Translations under genes and position numbers: made by a program | Shown: positions 19,771 to 30,144 of the stretch, piece after piece | Position numbering within the stretch: position 1 is the first letter of the stretch | Layout of the letters: each line of letters opens with the position of its first letter | The notes under the pieces: model-generated | The model's database searches: none | What the model was told of the DNA's origin: nothing | What the model saw: the letters and a program-made list of their open reading frames with translations, nothing else | NCBI GenBank assembly: GCA_049322255.1 | Contig: JBMORE010000053.1 | Span: 62,001 to 126,000, forward strand | Reading direction: 5' to 3' | Source: Myxococcota bacterium | GTDB lineage: Bacteria; Myxococcota; Myxococcia; Myxococcales; Myxococcaceae | DNA length: 64,000 nucleotides

Positions 19771-20312
19771 CCCCGACCCCCTCGACCCTACGCTTCGCCG
19801 CCGTCGGCTTGCTCCTGGCCGGGTGCCAGCCATCGATCTACTTCGAAACCGAGTCCAAGGGCGCGACCACCGTGCAGGGCAGCGTGCTCGGAGGCTTGCT
19901 CGCGGTGTTCCCCCAGGCCGCGGCGCTGACGAACATCGACGTCACGCAGTCGCAGGACTTTCAAAACCAGGGCGTGCGCAAGGAAGACGTGAAGTCGGTC
20001 ATGGTGAAACGGCTGGTGCTCCAGGTCACCTCTCCTTCCGATGCCGACTTTCAATGGCTGTCGTCCATTCGCTTCTTCGCCGAGACCGACGGCCAAAAAG
20101 ACCTCATCGCCTTCAAGGAGGGCATCGACCAGCTGGGCCTGGTTGCGCCCAACCCACGGCTCGAGCTCGAGCTTGCGGACGTCGAGCTCAAGCCCTACGT
20201 GGTGGCTCCCTCGATGTCCATCACCACCGAGGCCAGCGGCCGGCAACCGCCGAAGGACACCACCATCGAAGCCACGGTGCGCCTGGGAGTGGATGCGGTC
20301 ATCATCAAGTGA
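19767..20312 (+). CDS. Hypothetical lipoprotein
   Basis: ATGA overlap with the cyclase gene; lipobox LLAGC. Confidence 0.75.
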   Translation: MTPTPSTLRFAAVGLLLAGCQPSIYFETESKGATTVQGSVLGGLLAVFPQAAALTNIDVTQSQDFQNQGVRKEDVKSVMVKRLVLQVTSPSDADFQWLSSIRFFAETDGQKDLIAFKEGIDQLGLVAPNPRLELELADVELKPYVVAPSMSITTEASGRQPPKDTTIEATVRLGVDAVIIK

Positions 20313-20324
20313 CCCGGCCGTTCC

Positions 20325-20876
20325 CTACCCTTTCCGCTTCGCCTCCTCGCGATAGATGTCCGCCAGCGCCTTGGCGCGCTCAATCTCGTCTCGCGCGGCG
20401 TCCACCGCGAGCACCTTGTCAATCTGGTCTCGCTTCTCTTGCAACGCCCGACTGACCGCCAGGCCCACCGAGAGGCGCGCCCGCGCGCTCATGCGCTCGG
20501 TGCGCAGCTCTAAGACGCGGGTGGCCAGCTCGCTGGCTGCATCCAGGAGCAGCCGCGCGTCCTCGTCAGCGGTGGCCAGCGCCTGCTCGACCGAGGCCAA
20601 GGCGCCTTCCGTCTCGCGCAGATCGCGCCGTAGGACGCGTTCCGCCCGCCCATCGCCCCGGTGGGCCGCGCGCTCGATTCGGCCGCCCAGGTCCTCGCGC
20701 TTGTGCTGGTAGCGCTCCCGGTCGCGGGAAAGCTCCCCGCGCAAGGCAAGGAGCGTCGCCGCCGACTTGCGTACTTCCGCCGCCTGCCGCTCGAGATCCT
20801 CGATGAGACCGTCGAACGCGGCGATGGGGTCGACCGGAGGGCGGGGCTTCTTCCGCTTGAGGAACCCGAACACCAC
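20325..20876 (-). CDS. PspA/IM30 (ESCRT-III-like) coiled-coil protein
   Basis: DP....LIEDLE....EVRKSAATLLA resembles the PspA helix-1 pattern (DP....IQEME....EVRSTSARALA); all-helical, 183 aa. Confidence 0.72.
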   Translation of the reverse strand: MVFGFLKRKKPRPPVDPIAAFDGLIEDLERQAAEVRKSAATLLALRGELSRDRERYQHKREDLGGRIERAAHRGDGRAERVLRRDLRETEGALASVEQALATADEDARLLLDAASELATRVLELRTERMSARARLSVGLAVSRALQEKRDQIDKVLAVDAARDEIERAKALADIYREEAKRKG

Positions 20877-20903
20877 GGTGGAAAAGACTACCCGAGATTG
20901 GCT

Positions 20904-23096
20904 TCAACCGAAGGGACGGCACAGCAATCGAATGCGGTCGACCTTTTCACGAACGCGCGGCTCGGGCGACGAGGTGAGCTCCAGGTACCTGGGAAGCGCG
21001 ATGCCGTACACGCCGAGCAGATGCTGTAACAGCAGCGCGCTTTCCGTTCCTCGTTGATCCGCCGGGGCCAACGACACCGCCTCGCCAATCGCTTCGAGAA
21101 TGTCGATGACCCGCGGCACCAGGCTGGTTGCGCCAAGCCGCCCCCCTTCGGCCTTTTCCGGGAAGAGCGCATCGAACGAATCTGCCGTCCGCGCGGGCGT
21201 CGGCGGCGGCCGATCGAAAGCAATCGCCTCCAGCGCCTCGAGGTGCGGCAGAAGTAGCTCGAGTGCCTCCGCAGTGGCAGGCACGTCTTGCGGCAGGAGG
21301 GTACGCCAGCCGGAGTCGAACTCGGTACGCGCGCTGGAAATCTCCCGGTCGGTCAGGTGGTGGTAGAAGGCGCGCCCACCTCTTTGGCGCTGCTCCGCGG
21401 CCAGCGCCTTCAAGTCGGGGTTCTCTTCGCCCAGCGAGATGAAGGAGAGCGCAATCTCCAGGCCCTCCATCGGCGCCCGCGTTCGACGAATGACCTCGAG
21501 GTCGACCGCGTCTTCGCCGTCGGTGACGAGCACCACGGTGGCCTTGGCAAGGTAGGGGTCCGTCCCCCTGGCCGAACGAATCGACTCGAACGCCGCCATC
21601 AGAGCGAGAGTGATGTCCGTCTGACCTTCCGCCGGGGAATGGGAAAAGAGCTTCTCGATCTGCCGCGCGGCCTCTTCCGCCGTGTCCACCCGCGCCAACT
21701 CGGTGGGGGTGTCGTTGAAGAATGAGAAGTACAGCGGATCGAAGGGCTGCCCCGTGGCCGCCTTCAGACGCAGGTTGTTCAGCTCGGCGATGACGATTGC
21801 GTCTCGAAAGCGCGCGCGCGGTCCGTGCATCGATCCCGAGGCATCGCACACGTACACCCGCACCGCCGTTTTGCGCACCCGCTTGGTAATCGGCGGCGGC
21901 TCCTCGTCGAGGTAGGCGCGCAGCACCTGGCGGTTCGAGGCGAGGTCGTAGACGAGCGAGCGGGGGTCGGAGATGACGAAGTTGGGCAGCTCGTCGAGGC
22001 TGTGGGTGAATTCGAAGGTCATCGTCTGCGTGGGGAACGGCACCCGCCGCGCCACTGGCCGAATCGCGCGCACCTCGGCCTCGACGATTTCTTCGGCGAG
22101 CGCGTCTTCGACGTCGAAGTAACGGGCACAGCCCGCCGCCAGCTCGAACGTCGCGAGCTTTTCGTCGTCGAGCGCGAAGGCGAGCTGGGTGAGCTCGTCG
22201 CCCCTCACCCGTTCCCTCTGCCAGCGGGAGAGGGTTTTGTGCAGCGCCTCTCCCTTGGGCAAGAGCGCTCCCACCGACCGCCGTGCCACCTCGGCCACCT
22301 CGCGGTCGTTGGCCTCGAGCGCGCGCTCGTAGAGCGCCTTGAGCGAGCGGTAAGCAGTGCCCGGGTCGCGGCGGGCGACGTGGCGTACGTGGCGCACCAA
22401 GTCGTGCAGCGAGCGCACCGATGGAGCGGCGCGCACCCGCTCACGGGCCGCCGCGACCTCGATTCGAAGCCGGCGCACCTCCTCGCGGTCGCTGTCCGTC
22501 CCCGTACGCAGGAGCAGCTCATGGGCGGCGTCGAGATCTCGACGCTTTTGCACCACGTCCTCCAGCTGGGTCTTGGCCCGTTCGGCCCAGTACCTGGCAA
22601 TCGCCACCTTGGCGTTCGATGGGGGTGCGCTCCCCGCCGGCGCGCGCTCGAAGATGACAAAGCGCTCGCTTTGCGGCACGCCGACGTCGGCGAAGAGATC
22701 CGCCACCTTCACTGCGCGGGCCAGCTTGATGAAGGCCTGCAAAAGTCGCGTGAGCTCACCCGGCGCATTCTCTCCGGAGAGGATGCGACGCTCGAGCCAG
22801 CGCACCTGCGATTCGACCTCGTCCAGCGCCGCAGCGGCACGCTCCGCCAGGCCGGCGGCCAGCGTGCCCGCCCGCCCTTTGGACACACCCAGCTCGCGTA
22901 AGAGCTTGGCGTCAGCTGCCGTGTGAATTCCCACCTTGTCGAGCTCGGCGTCGAGCGTCGCCAACACCTTCAACGGCCCGGCCTCGCCGCGCTCGAACAT
23001 CGCCCGGGCGCGCGCGAAAAAACCCAGCTCGAGGACTCGACCTTCGCACAGCGCGTCGAGGCGAGAGCGGAGCTGTTCCAGCCTGGGGTGGAGCAC
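20904..23096 (-). CDS. vWA-domain protein (ViaA/CoxE-like partner of MoxR AAA+)
   Basis: MIDAS DASGS, GQTD, VLVTDGED, within a long helical protein. Confidence 0.85.
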   Translation of the reverse strand: MLHPRLEQLRSRLDALCEGRVLELGFFARARAMFERGEAGPLKVLATLDAELDKVGIHTAADAKLLRELGVSKGRAGTLAAGLAERAAAALDEVESQVRWLERRILSGENAPGELTRLLQAFIKLARAVKVADLFADVGVPQSERFVIFERAPAGSAPPSNAKVAIARYWAERAKTQLEDVVQKRRDLDAAHELLLRTGTDSDREEVRRLRIEVAAARERVRAAPSVRSLHDLVRHVRHVARRDPGTAYRSLKALYERALEANDREVAEVARRSVGALLPKGEALHKTLSRWQRERVRGDELTQLAFALDDEKLATFELAAGCARYFDVEDALAEEIVEAEVRAIRPVARRVPFPTQTMTFEFTHSLDELPNFVISDPRSLVYDLASNRQVLRAYLDEEPPPITKRVRKTAVRVYVCDASGSMHGPRARFRDAIVIAELNNLRLKAATGQPFDPLYFSFFNDTPTELARVDTAEEAARQIEKLFSHSPAEGQTDITLALMAAFESIRSARGTDPYLAKATVVLVTDGEDAVDLEVIRRTRAPMEGLEIALSFISLGEENPDLKALAAEQRQRGGRAFYHHLTDREISSARTEFDSGWRTLLPQDVPATAEALELLLPHLEALEAIAFDRPPPTPARTADSFDALFPEKAEGGRLGATSLVPRVIDILEAIGEAVSLAPADQRGTESALLLQHLLGVYGIALPRYLELTSSPEPRVREKVDRIRLLCRPFG

Positions 23097-23103
23097 GGCG
23101 TGC

Positions 23104-25611
23104 TCACGCGCTCAGCGCCGCTCGCGCTTCGAGCAGTCGCTTGCTGAAGACGGCGAAATCCTCCGCGACGCCGCGCAGTGCCGAATCGAGCTTTTTCGCG
23201 GTGTCGCCCACCTCCCCCGGTTGCGTGGCCAAGAGCGCCACCGCCGACTGCAGGCGCAAAAGCTCTCCCTCCTTGGTGGCGAGCATCGGGAAGCGGCTCT
23301 TCACCAGCTTGTCGAAGGCGCGCTCGGCCTCGGCTCGGGTGGAAAGGCCGTCAAGAGACGGCAGCGCGCTCAAAAGCTGCGACAACCAGCTCCGCAGAAA
23401 CTGGATGCGCGCCTGGATGCCCGCCATCTCGGCGACGGCGATGCTGCGGCGTATTTCATCGGGCACCACCGGGCTGCGTCCCGATGAGAGCACCGCCTCG
23501 AGCCCCGCCAACCCATGGAGCTCCCCCGCCGCGGTGAGGGAGCCCAAAAAATTGCGATACACCATGTAGGCCTCGCCGCTTTGCACCTGACCTTCCGACG
23601 GGCTGCTCACCTTCACTGGCTGGGGAAGGGAACGGGCGTGCGCTCGCAAACGGCGGTCGATGACTTCTTTGCACTCGTCGAGAATCGGCTCAGGCGCCAC
23701 CCCTTCGCGACGCAAGCTCTCCGCCAGTGACTGCACCAGCCTGGTGTACTGCTCCACGCGGGTGAAGCTCGCGGCGCCCAGCACCTCGAGCGCGTGGGCG
23801 TGCCCCAAGGGGGCGAGCAGCTCTTGCCGCAGGCCCGCTTGGTCCGCGCTGAGCGCCACCAAGGCGGACTCCAGCTCACCGAGCCGGCGCGACTGGGCCG
23901 ACAGGCTCTCGAACGGATCGCCGCCTTTGCCGGCGGACGACTGGAAGGCGCTCAGCGCTCGCCGCCGCAGCGAAGCCGCCACCCGCCGACGCACCTGCTG
24001 CTGCTTTTCCCGAAGCGTCTCGACTGTCTCGGGGGCCTGCGCGACGAGCCGACTGGCAAGCTCGGAGATTTTTCCGATCTCCTCCGCGAGGCTGCGAGCG
24101 AGCCCTGCGAGCCCATCGAGCTTGACCGCTTCGTCGAGCTCGGTGCCCTGCGCGAACAGGGCGGTCATCTCCAGCGCCTGTTCGGCGAAACCGGCAAGGG
24201 CGCCGGTGAGCGGCCCCAGCCGATCATGCAGCTCGGGGACCAGGCGGCACAGCTCGTGTACCTCGGCGAGCGCGGTCAAGAGCGCCACCCCTCCCCGGCC
24301 TTCGCCCTGCCCCGCCATTCCTTTGCCCAAGCGATCTTCGGTCGCCAACACCAGGGTGCGCGCCGCAGCCACCAACGGGCGGCGGTTTTCAGGATGCCGC
24401 GGCCCGGGCAAAAGCTTCTCTCGCAGCGCCTGTGCGGCGGACAGCGCCATCGGTGCCTGAAAGCCACGCGCAATCGACTCGACGGCCGCCACGTCGTCGG
24501 TCACCGACAAGGCCTTCAGCTCGCGCTCCGGCCCCAGGCCCAGCTCCCCTTTCACTTTCGCCAGCACCTCGGCGAACGCCCGCTGCTCGACGCGAATGAT
24601 TTCCAGCTGCGCCCGCTCGCGCGGGTCGGCCGCGCCCTTGAGGAGCGCTTCGGTCTCCTCCGGGGAAGGACCGCCGAGGAGGAAGAAGTAGCGCAGCGCC
24701 TCCAAATCCTCGGGGCCGGCCTCGAAGGGGCGCTCCGGGCGTCGCCAGATGCAGTCGCGCACCACCGCCGCCTTGAGCGCCCACAGCGCCTTCACCAGTG
24801 AGCGCTGCGAGAAGTACTTGGTGGGCACGTAGTCGGGCAGCTTCGCCACCTGCGCATAGAGCTGGCGCTCGAGGAGCTCGGAGAGCAGCTCCAGGCCCTC
24901 GGTGAGGCTCGAGGGCACGTGGACCTTCTCCACCGCCTCTTGCAGGACGTCGAGCTGCTGCAGCGAAAGCGAAGCGCGCAGCTCCGGCCGCTGTCCCTTC
25001 ACCGCCCGGCTGAGCATCGCGGCGCGGCTTGCGGGCCGCGCGAACGCCTTGGGGCAAAAGCAGATGTAGGAGAGCCGGTCGGCGAAGGCCAAGAGCAGCT
25101 CGGGCGAGCGGGCCAGCACCTCCGAGAGATAGCGGTTGCTGGTCATGATTGCGCACTCGCAGCGCCCGGCAGTCACCTTCTTGCCGTGCTTGAGCTCGCG
25201 CTCGTGCAGCACGTTCAAGATCGAACGGAGCAGCATGTCGCGCCCGTCGAACACCTCGTCGAGGAAGGCGTGGGTGGCGCCCAGCATGCCGTCGTCGGTG
25301 ATGTACTCGGTGCGCCCGGTCTCGGTGAGGATCTTGAAGTCCACCGGCCCGATGAGGTCGGACTGCACGGTCGACTCGGCGAGCTGCCGGGAGAACAAGG
25401 ACGGCGCCCCGGTCTTCTCGTCGACCAGCCGGCCAAGCACGGCGCTGGCTACCGCGCTCTTGGCGGTGCCCGGCGGGCCGGTGACGAGGACGTGCTCTTT
25501 GGAGAGCAGCGCCAGCTCGATCTGCGTGAAGAGCGCCTCGCGCTCGAAGAACGCCTCGCGCAGCTCCTCGAAGAAGCGGCGGAAAGCCTGGGCGGCGGGG
25601 GCGAATTTCAC
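23104..25611 (-). CDS. MoxR/RavA-type AAA+ ATPase with long helical C-terminal extension
   Basis: Walker A GPPGTAKS (RavA-like), Walker B AFLDEVF, TSN sensor, AFADR; start is GTG 25611 or GTG 25620. Confidence 0.88.
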   Translation of the reverse strand: MKFAPAAQAFRRFFEELREAFFEREALFTQIELALLSKEHVLVTGPPGTAKSAVASAVLGRLVDEKTGAPSLFSRQLAESTVQSDLIGPVDFKILTETGRTEYITDDGMLGATHAFLDEVFDGRDMLLRSILNVLHERELKHGKKVTAGRCECAIMTSNRYLSEVLARSPELLLAFADRLSYICFCPKAFARPASRAAMLSRAVKGQRPELRASLSLQQLDVLQEAVEKVHVPSSLTEGLELLSELLERQLYAQVAKLPDYVPTKYFSQRSLVKALWALKAAVVRDCIWRRPERPFEAGPEDLEALRYFFLLGGPSPEETEALLKGAADPRERAQLEIIRVEQRAFAEVLAKVKGELGLGPERELKALSVTDDVAAVESIARGFQAPMALSAAQALREKLLPGPRHPENRRPLVAAARTLVLATEDRLGKGMAGQGEGRGGVALLTALAEVHELCRLVPELHDRLGPLTGALAGFAEQALEMTALFAQGTELDEAVKLDGLAGLARSLAEEIGKISELASRLVAQAPETVETLREKQQQVRRRVAASLRRRALSAFQSSAGKGGDPFESLSAQSRRLGELESALVALSADQAGLRQELLAPLGHAHALEVLGAASFTRVEQYTRLVQSLAESLRREGVAPEPILDECKEVIDRRLRAHARSLPQPVKVSSPSEGQVQSGEAYMVYRNFLGSLTAAGELHGLAGLEAVLSSGRSPVVPDEIRRSIAVAEMAGIQARIQFLRSWLSQLLSALPSLDGLSTRAEAERAFDKLVKSRFPMLATKEGELLRLQSAVALLATQPGEVGDTAKKLDSALRGVAEDFAVFSKRLLEARAALSA

Positions 25612-25613
25612 GT

Positions 25614-25648
25614 CCCTCACCCTAACCCTCTCCCAGGGGGAGAGGGGA
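25614..25648. repeat. BoxC/REP-like palindromic element, copy 1
   Basis: CCCTCACCCTAACCCTCTCCC-AGG-GGGAGAGGGGA; 9-bp stem CCCTCTCCC/GGGAGAGGG. Confidence 0.8.
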
Positions 25649-25649
25649 A

Positions 25650-27557
<1,908 letters not shown>

Positions 27558-27611
27558 GACTGTATCCTCCTGAAGTTCCTTCGTTTTCTCTCGTTCGTCG
27601 AACGCAGCCGC

Positions 27612-27639
27612 AACATAACCAGGCGCTGCACGGTGTCAA
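27612..27639 (-). promoter_or_regulatory. Putative sigma70-type promoter of dnaK
   Basis: Minus-strand TTGACA-N16-TATGTT about 55 nt upstream of the GTG start; AGGAGG RBS also present. Confidence 0.55.
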
Positions 27640-27910
27640 ACGAAGAAGGGACCTAACCCTCGAGTCCGCCAAGGAATTTGGGTCAGGTTCAGGCCGGATG
27701 CATAAGCGCCTTCGCACCTGCTGCCACCCCGACTTTCCATTTGTGGGCGGTGCATGTAGGCGAGCGAGCGGCCACACCAGTGCAATATGTGGTCTTTGTT
27801 ACCCATTTGTGTCAGACAGCCCATCGGCCGGCTTGGCCGGAGAAGTGCAGTGGGCCCCTGCCGTTGCCGCAGCGCGTAACGACAGTAACCTACACGAAGG
27901 AGCCGGAACC

Positions 27911-29005
27911 ATGTGGGTACAGCCCCTGAGGACTGCGGAGCTTCGGGTCGTCCCGCCCGCGAAGGTGGAGACAGAGCCGCGGGTGGCGGTGCTTCTCAAC
28001 GCCAATGCGCGCAGGGTGAACGAGAAGGTGGTGCGCGCGCTGGGCCACGTGGTGCCGCAGGAGGATTTGTTCCTCTCCCGTACCGAGCTCGACGCCCGTC
28101 GCATCGCCCAGACGGTGGTGGACCGGCGCTACCCGACGGTCTTCTGCGGCGGCGGCGACGGAACCTTCACCCGCTTCGTCAATGAGATTCTCAAGCAGGT
28201 GGAGCTGAAGAGCGCACGTTCTGTCCGGCGGGCGCCGCGCTTTGGGGTCTTACGGCTGGGCACCGGCAACTCACTGGCCTCGATGCTCAACGCGTCGCCC
28301 TTACGCGGCGAGGGCATTCTCGACGACGTCTTGCGGGCGCGCGCTGGTGAAGTGCCCGGCTACCGCCGCGTGGATCTGCTCGAGGTCGAGGGCCAGCGCG
28401 CCCCCTTCGCGGGGCTGGGGCTCGATGGCAAGGTGCTCAACGACTACATCTGGGTGAAGGAGAACCTGGGCCGCGGTCCGCTTCGGCACCTGCTCACGGG
28501 TGGGCGCGGGTACTTCACCTCGGTCGCCTTGCGCACCGTGCCGCACTACCTCCTCCACTCCACCTGGGTGGAGTGCGAGGTCGTCAACGGCAAGGGCCGG
28601 GTAGCCTACCGCTTGGGCCCTGACGGCCTGCCGGTGGGAGAGCCGATCGAGCCGGGCGGCACCCTCTTCCGCGGGCGCCTGATGATGGCGGCGGCGGGCA
28701 CCATTCCCTTCTACGGGTTCGAGTTCAAGATGTTCCCCTTTGCCGCGCGCCGCCGAGGGATGATGCACTTGCGCCTGGGAGCCATCTCCACCCCGGTGAT
28801 TCTCGCCCACCTGCCCAAGCTGTGGACGGGCAAGTGGTACCCCAAAGGCCTCTACGACTTTCACGCGCAAGAGGTGCACATTCGCTTCGGCCGGCCGATG
28901 CCCTTCCAAGTCGCCGGTGACGCGGAGGGCTACCGCGACGAGGTCACCTTGGGCGTCGCGTCGGAGCAAGTGGAGCTGGTCGACTTCACCGGCGTGGTCA
29001 ACTAG
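27911..29005 (+). CDS. Diacylglycerol/lipid kinase family protein
   Basis: LLNANA, GGGDGT, LGTGN, AGLGLDG, FQVAGD motifs; RBS AAGGAG. Confidence 0.85.
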   Translation: MWVQPLRTAELRVVPPAKVETEPRVAVLLNANARRVNEKVVRALGHVVPQEDLFLSRTELDARRIAQTVVDRRYPTVFCGGGDGTFTRFVNEILKQVELKSARSVRRAPRFGVLRLGTGNSLASMLNASPLRGEGILDDVLRARAGEVPGYRRVDLLEVEGQRAPFAGLGLDGKVLNDYIWVKENLGRGPLRHLLTGGRGYFTSVALRTVPHYLLHSTWVECEVVNGKGRVAYRLGPDGLPVGEPIEPGGTLFRGRLMMAAAGTIPFYGFEFKMFPFAARRRGMMHLRLGAISTPVILAHLPKLWTGKWYPKGLYDFHAQEVHIRFGRPMPFQVAGDAEGYRDEVTLGVASEQVELVDFTGVVN

Positions 29006-29032
29006 CGCTCAACCAGCACTTTCAACCAGCGC

Positions 29033-29066
29033 CCCTCACCCTTACCCTCTCCCAGAGGGAGAAGGA
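29033..29066. repeat. BoxC/REP-like palindromic element, copy 2
   Basis: CCCTCACCCTTACCCTCTCCCAGAGGGAGAAGGA between convergent genes; near-identical to 25614-25648. Confidence 0.75.
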
Positions 29067-29091
29067 TGCCGCCGTCGGCGTGCCCCTTACC

Positions 29092-29784
29092 CTACCCGGT
29101 ATCCCGCGAGGGGGGAGGCCGCTCGCCGGGCTCTTTGCGACGGCCGATGACCAGCCCAAAGGTCACCGACGCCTTCCCTCCCTGCGAGCGGTGGACCTCG
29201 AGCTCCTCGCGGAGCAGCGCTGCCTGCATGGAAGCCTGCTCCAGGAGCGGCTCGAGCTCGCGGTAGAACGCGTCGAGCTCGGCGTCGCTGAGCGTCTCAC
29301 ACCCTTCCGGCTCGTAGCCTGCGCGCTCGAAGACCTGCAGCGCCTCGCGCGGCGACAAAAGCTTTTCGCCCAGCCGCTTCTCTTCCCAGAAGTCGACGGC
29401 TCTCTTCGCGGGCAGCTTTCCCACCTTCACCGGGTAGGTCAACGCCAGCCGGCCGCGCGGGGCCAAGAAACGGCGCAGCGCCGGCACGGCCGTGGCCAGG
29501 GACATCGGCACCCGGCCCAGACAGACGACGCCGTCGAGCTCGCCTGACTGGAAGGGCAACGCCGTCAAGGCCTCTACCGCGCCCCCGTCCACGTCGACGG
29601 CGGCGATCGAGCAGCCCAGCTCGCGCGCGTAGAACTGCCCCGCCTCGCCCCCGCACAGCTCAAGCACCCGCGACTTCTTCGTCCACCCCGCGGTACGCGC
29701 CAGCCGGCGGTAGAGATCCTCGGACTGGAACGGGCGCCCAGCTTCTTGTGGGAAATAAAGCGGGAAGTGCCCGGCCGAGGACAT
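29092..29784 (-). CDS. Class I SAM-dependent methyltransferase-like protein, possibly internally deleted
   Basis: SRVLEL, AVDVD, LPFQSGELDGV, RRFLAPRGRL. Confidence 0.7.
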   Translation of the reverse strand: MSSAGHFPLYFPQEAGRPFQSEDLYRRLARTAGWTKKSRVLELCGGEAGQFYARELGCSIAAVDVDGGAVEALTALPFQSGELDGVVCLGRVPMSLATAVPALRRFLAPRGRLALTYPVKVGKLPAKRAVDFWEEKRLGEKLLSPREALQVFERAGYEPEGCETLSDAELDAFYRELEPLLEQASMQAALLREELEVHRSQGGKASVTFGLVIGRRKEPGERPPPSRDTG

Positions 29785-29839
29785 GAGGTGCTCCCTTATA
29801 CCGGGACGGCGGCCAGGGGAATAGCTCGTGACGGGCGGC

Positions 29840-30136
29840 CTAGAGGTAGTAGAGGACCCGCCGCTCCTTGTGCAGCGTCTCGTAGATCGCCCGGCGCTGG
29901 TCCTCGGAGAGCAGGTACACCGTGACGCTCACCGAGAGGTACTTGCCCATGCTCGAGGGCTGTTCGCTGATCGAATCGGGTGAGATTTCGTTGGCGAGCA
30001 CACGGTGAAAGAGCTGGCGCACGTACTCCTTGAACCCGCGCTCCTGCCGGCCCATCACCTTGAAGGTGTACACCGTGGGGTAGTCGATGAGCGCCTTTTT
30101 CGCGCCCCCTCCTTCGCCGCCGTGGCCTTCCTTCAT
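29840..30136 (-). CDS. DUF493/YbeD family protein
   Basis: LIDYPTVYTFKVMG, SSMGKYLSVSV motifs. Confidence 0.88.
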   Translation of the reverse strand: MKEGHGGEGGGAKKALIDYPTVYTFKVMGRQERGFKEYVRQLFHRVLANEISPDSISEQPSSMGKYLSVSVTVYLLSEDQRRAIYETLHKERRVLYYL

Positions 30137-30144
30137 CCTCAAGC

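Noticed and set aside
20904..25620. Anti-phage defence or conflict system reading of the AAA+/vWA pair
   Set aside because: No nuclease, toxin or other effector motif is visible and the context is core genome behind dnaK, so a chaperone role is more parsimonious; defence is not excluded
27558..27910. CIRCE element or structured ncRNA upstream of dnaK
   Set aside because: No TTAGCACTC-N9-GAGTGCTAA and no recognisable RNA family motif; the region is best explained as divergent promoters
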